64,000 nucleotides of DNA from assembly GCF_009834535.1 (NCBI RefSeq), contig NC_045697.1:83516001-83580000 (forward strand), written 5' to 3'. Below, in pieces: positions 63,471 to 64,000 of this stretch. Made by a program: the position numbers and the translations under genes. The notes below the pieces were generated by a model. It saw only the letters and a program-made list of their open reading frames with translations, was not told where the DNA came from and did no database searches. Within the stretch, counting starts at the first letter, position 1, and each line of letters starts with the position of its first letter. This stretch comes from Camelus ferus. Its lineage: Eukaryota.

Positions 63471-64000
63471 TAGAAGGAGTCTGACAGTCACTTAGGTAAT
63501 GGCAAACCATTGGCAACCCATTTTCCTCCTGTGTTCAGGTGCTCATATATGTCCTTCAGCTCCTGTCATTAGTTACACTGAAAAACAAAGCCATGCCTTC
63601 TCCACTTCTTCCATATCCATCTGTAGCATATTTCTACAATTCAGGCATTTAGCAGCCCATTACTATGGTTCTCTGTATGTGAAATTGCACTTTGGCATGA
63701 AGAAAAACCATGAGTATTTCAAAGGAAGTCTGTTTGGGTGGAAATTTCGAAGACTATAAAGCAACTTGAAAAATACAGATAGAAAAATAAAGTATCATTC
63801 AGGAGGAAAAAATGCACGTCTACTACTGAAGCCATGAGTGTTCTTTTAATAAAAGATAGTTCATCTTTTCTGCAAACAGACTATCAGGATTAATGGACCA
63901 TCTCAAACGAAGAGAAATGATTACAATTATACAAAGTTGTCCCAAGCTCCCTCCAAAATTGTCCAGAGATTTTATTTTTGGAATTTCCAGCCCTGATTAG

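Larger units (their letters stand above)
49699..64000 (+). other. NDST3: NDST3 intron (continues beyond the window)
   Basis: Donor gtaagt at 49699. No exon encoding the expected next peptide (EHGIP..MGYAVAPHHSGVYP) was found downstream. Confidence 0.8.

Noticed and set aside
1..64000. CRISPR array, operon or other novel multi-gene system
   Set aside because: No regularly spaced repeats or dense coding regions. The window is explained by one spliced mammalian gene plus interspersed repeats, and the remaining short ORFs look like chance frames.

Overview
AT-rich, CpG-poor mammalian genomic DNA covering the 5' coding part of NDST3 (heparan sulfate N-deacetylase/N-sulfotransferase 3) on the + strand. 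Three coding exons are supported by translation, canonical AG/GT splice sites and consistent phases: 576-1556 (exon begins at 418), 41533-41620 and 49544-49698. Together they encode residues 1-408. The promoter, first non-coding exon and remaining exons lie outside the window. The rest is intron filled with retroelements (L1, L2, MIR, LTRs), small hAT-type DNA transposon remnants and microsatellites. Five tRNA-derived SINEs resemble the camelid Vic-1 family, so the source is probably a camelid; this is from recall, not a database search. I found no evidence for a new multi-gene system. The best leads are: upstream ATGs in the 5' leader; a CpG-enriched, hairpin-containing intronic element at about 5.9-6.7 kb; inverted young L1 copies flanking the in-frame pair of internal exons; and several atypical L1 insertions. 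Repeat family names come from remembered consensus sequences, and boundaries without a target-site duplication (TSD) are approximate.
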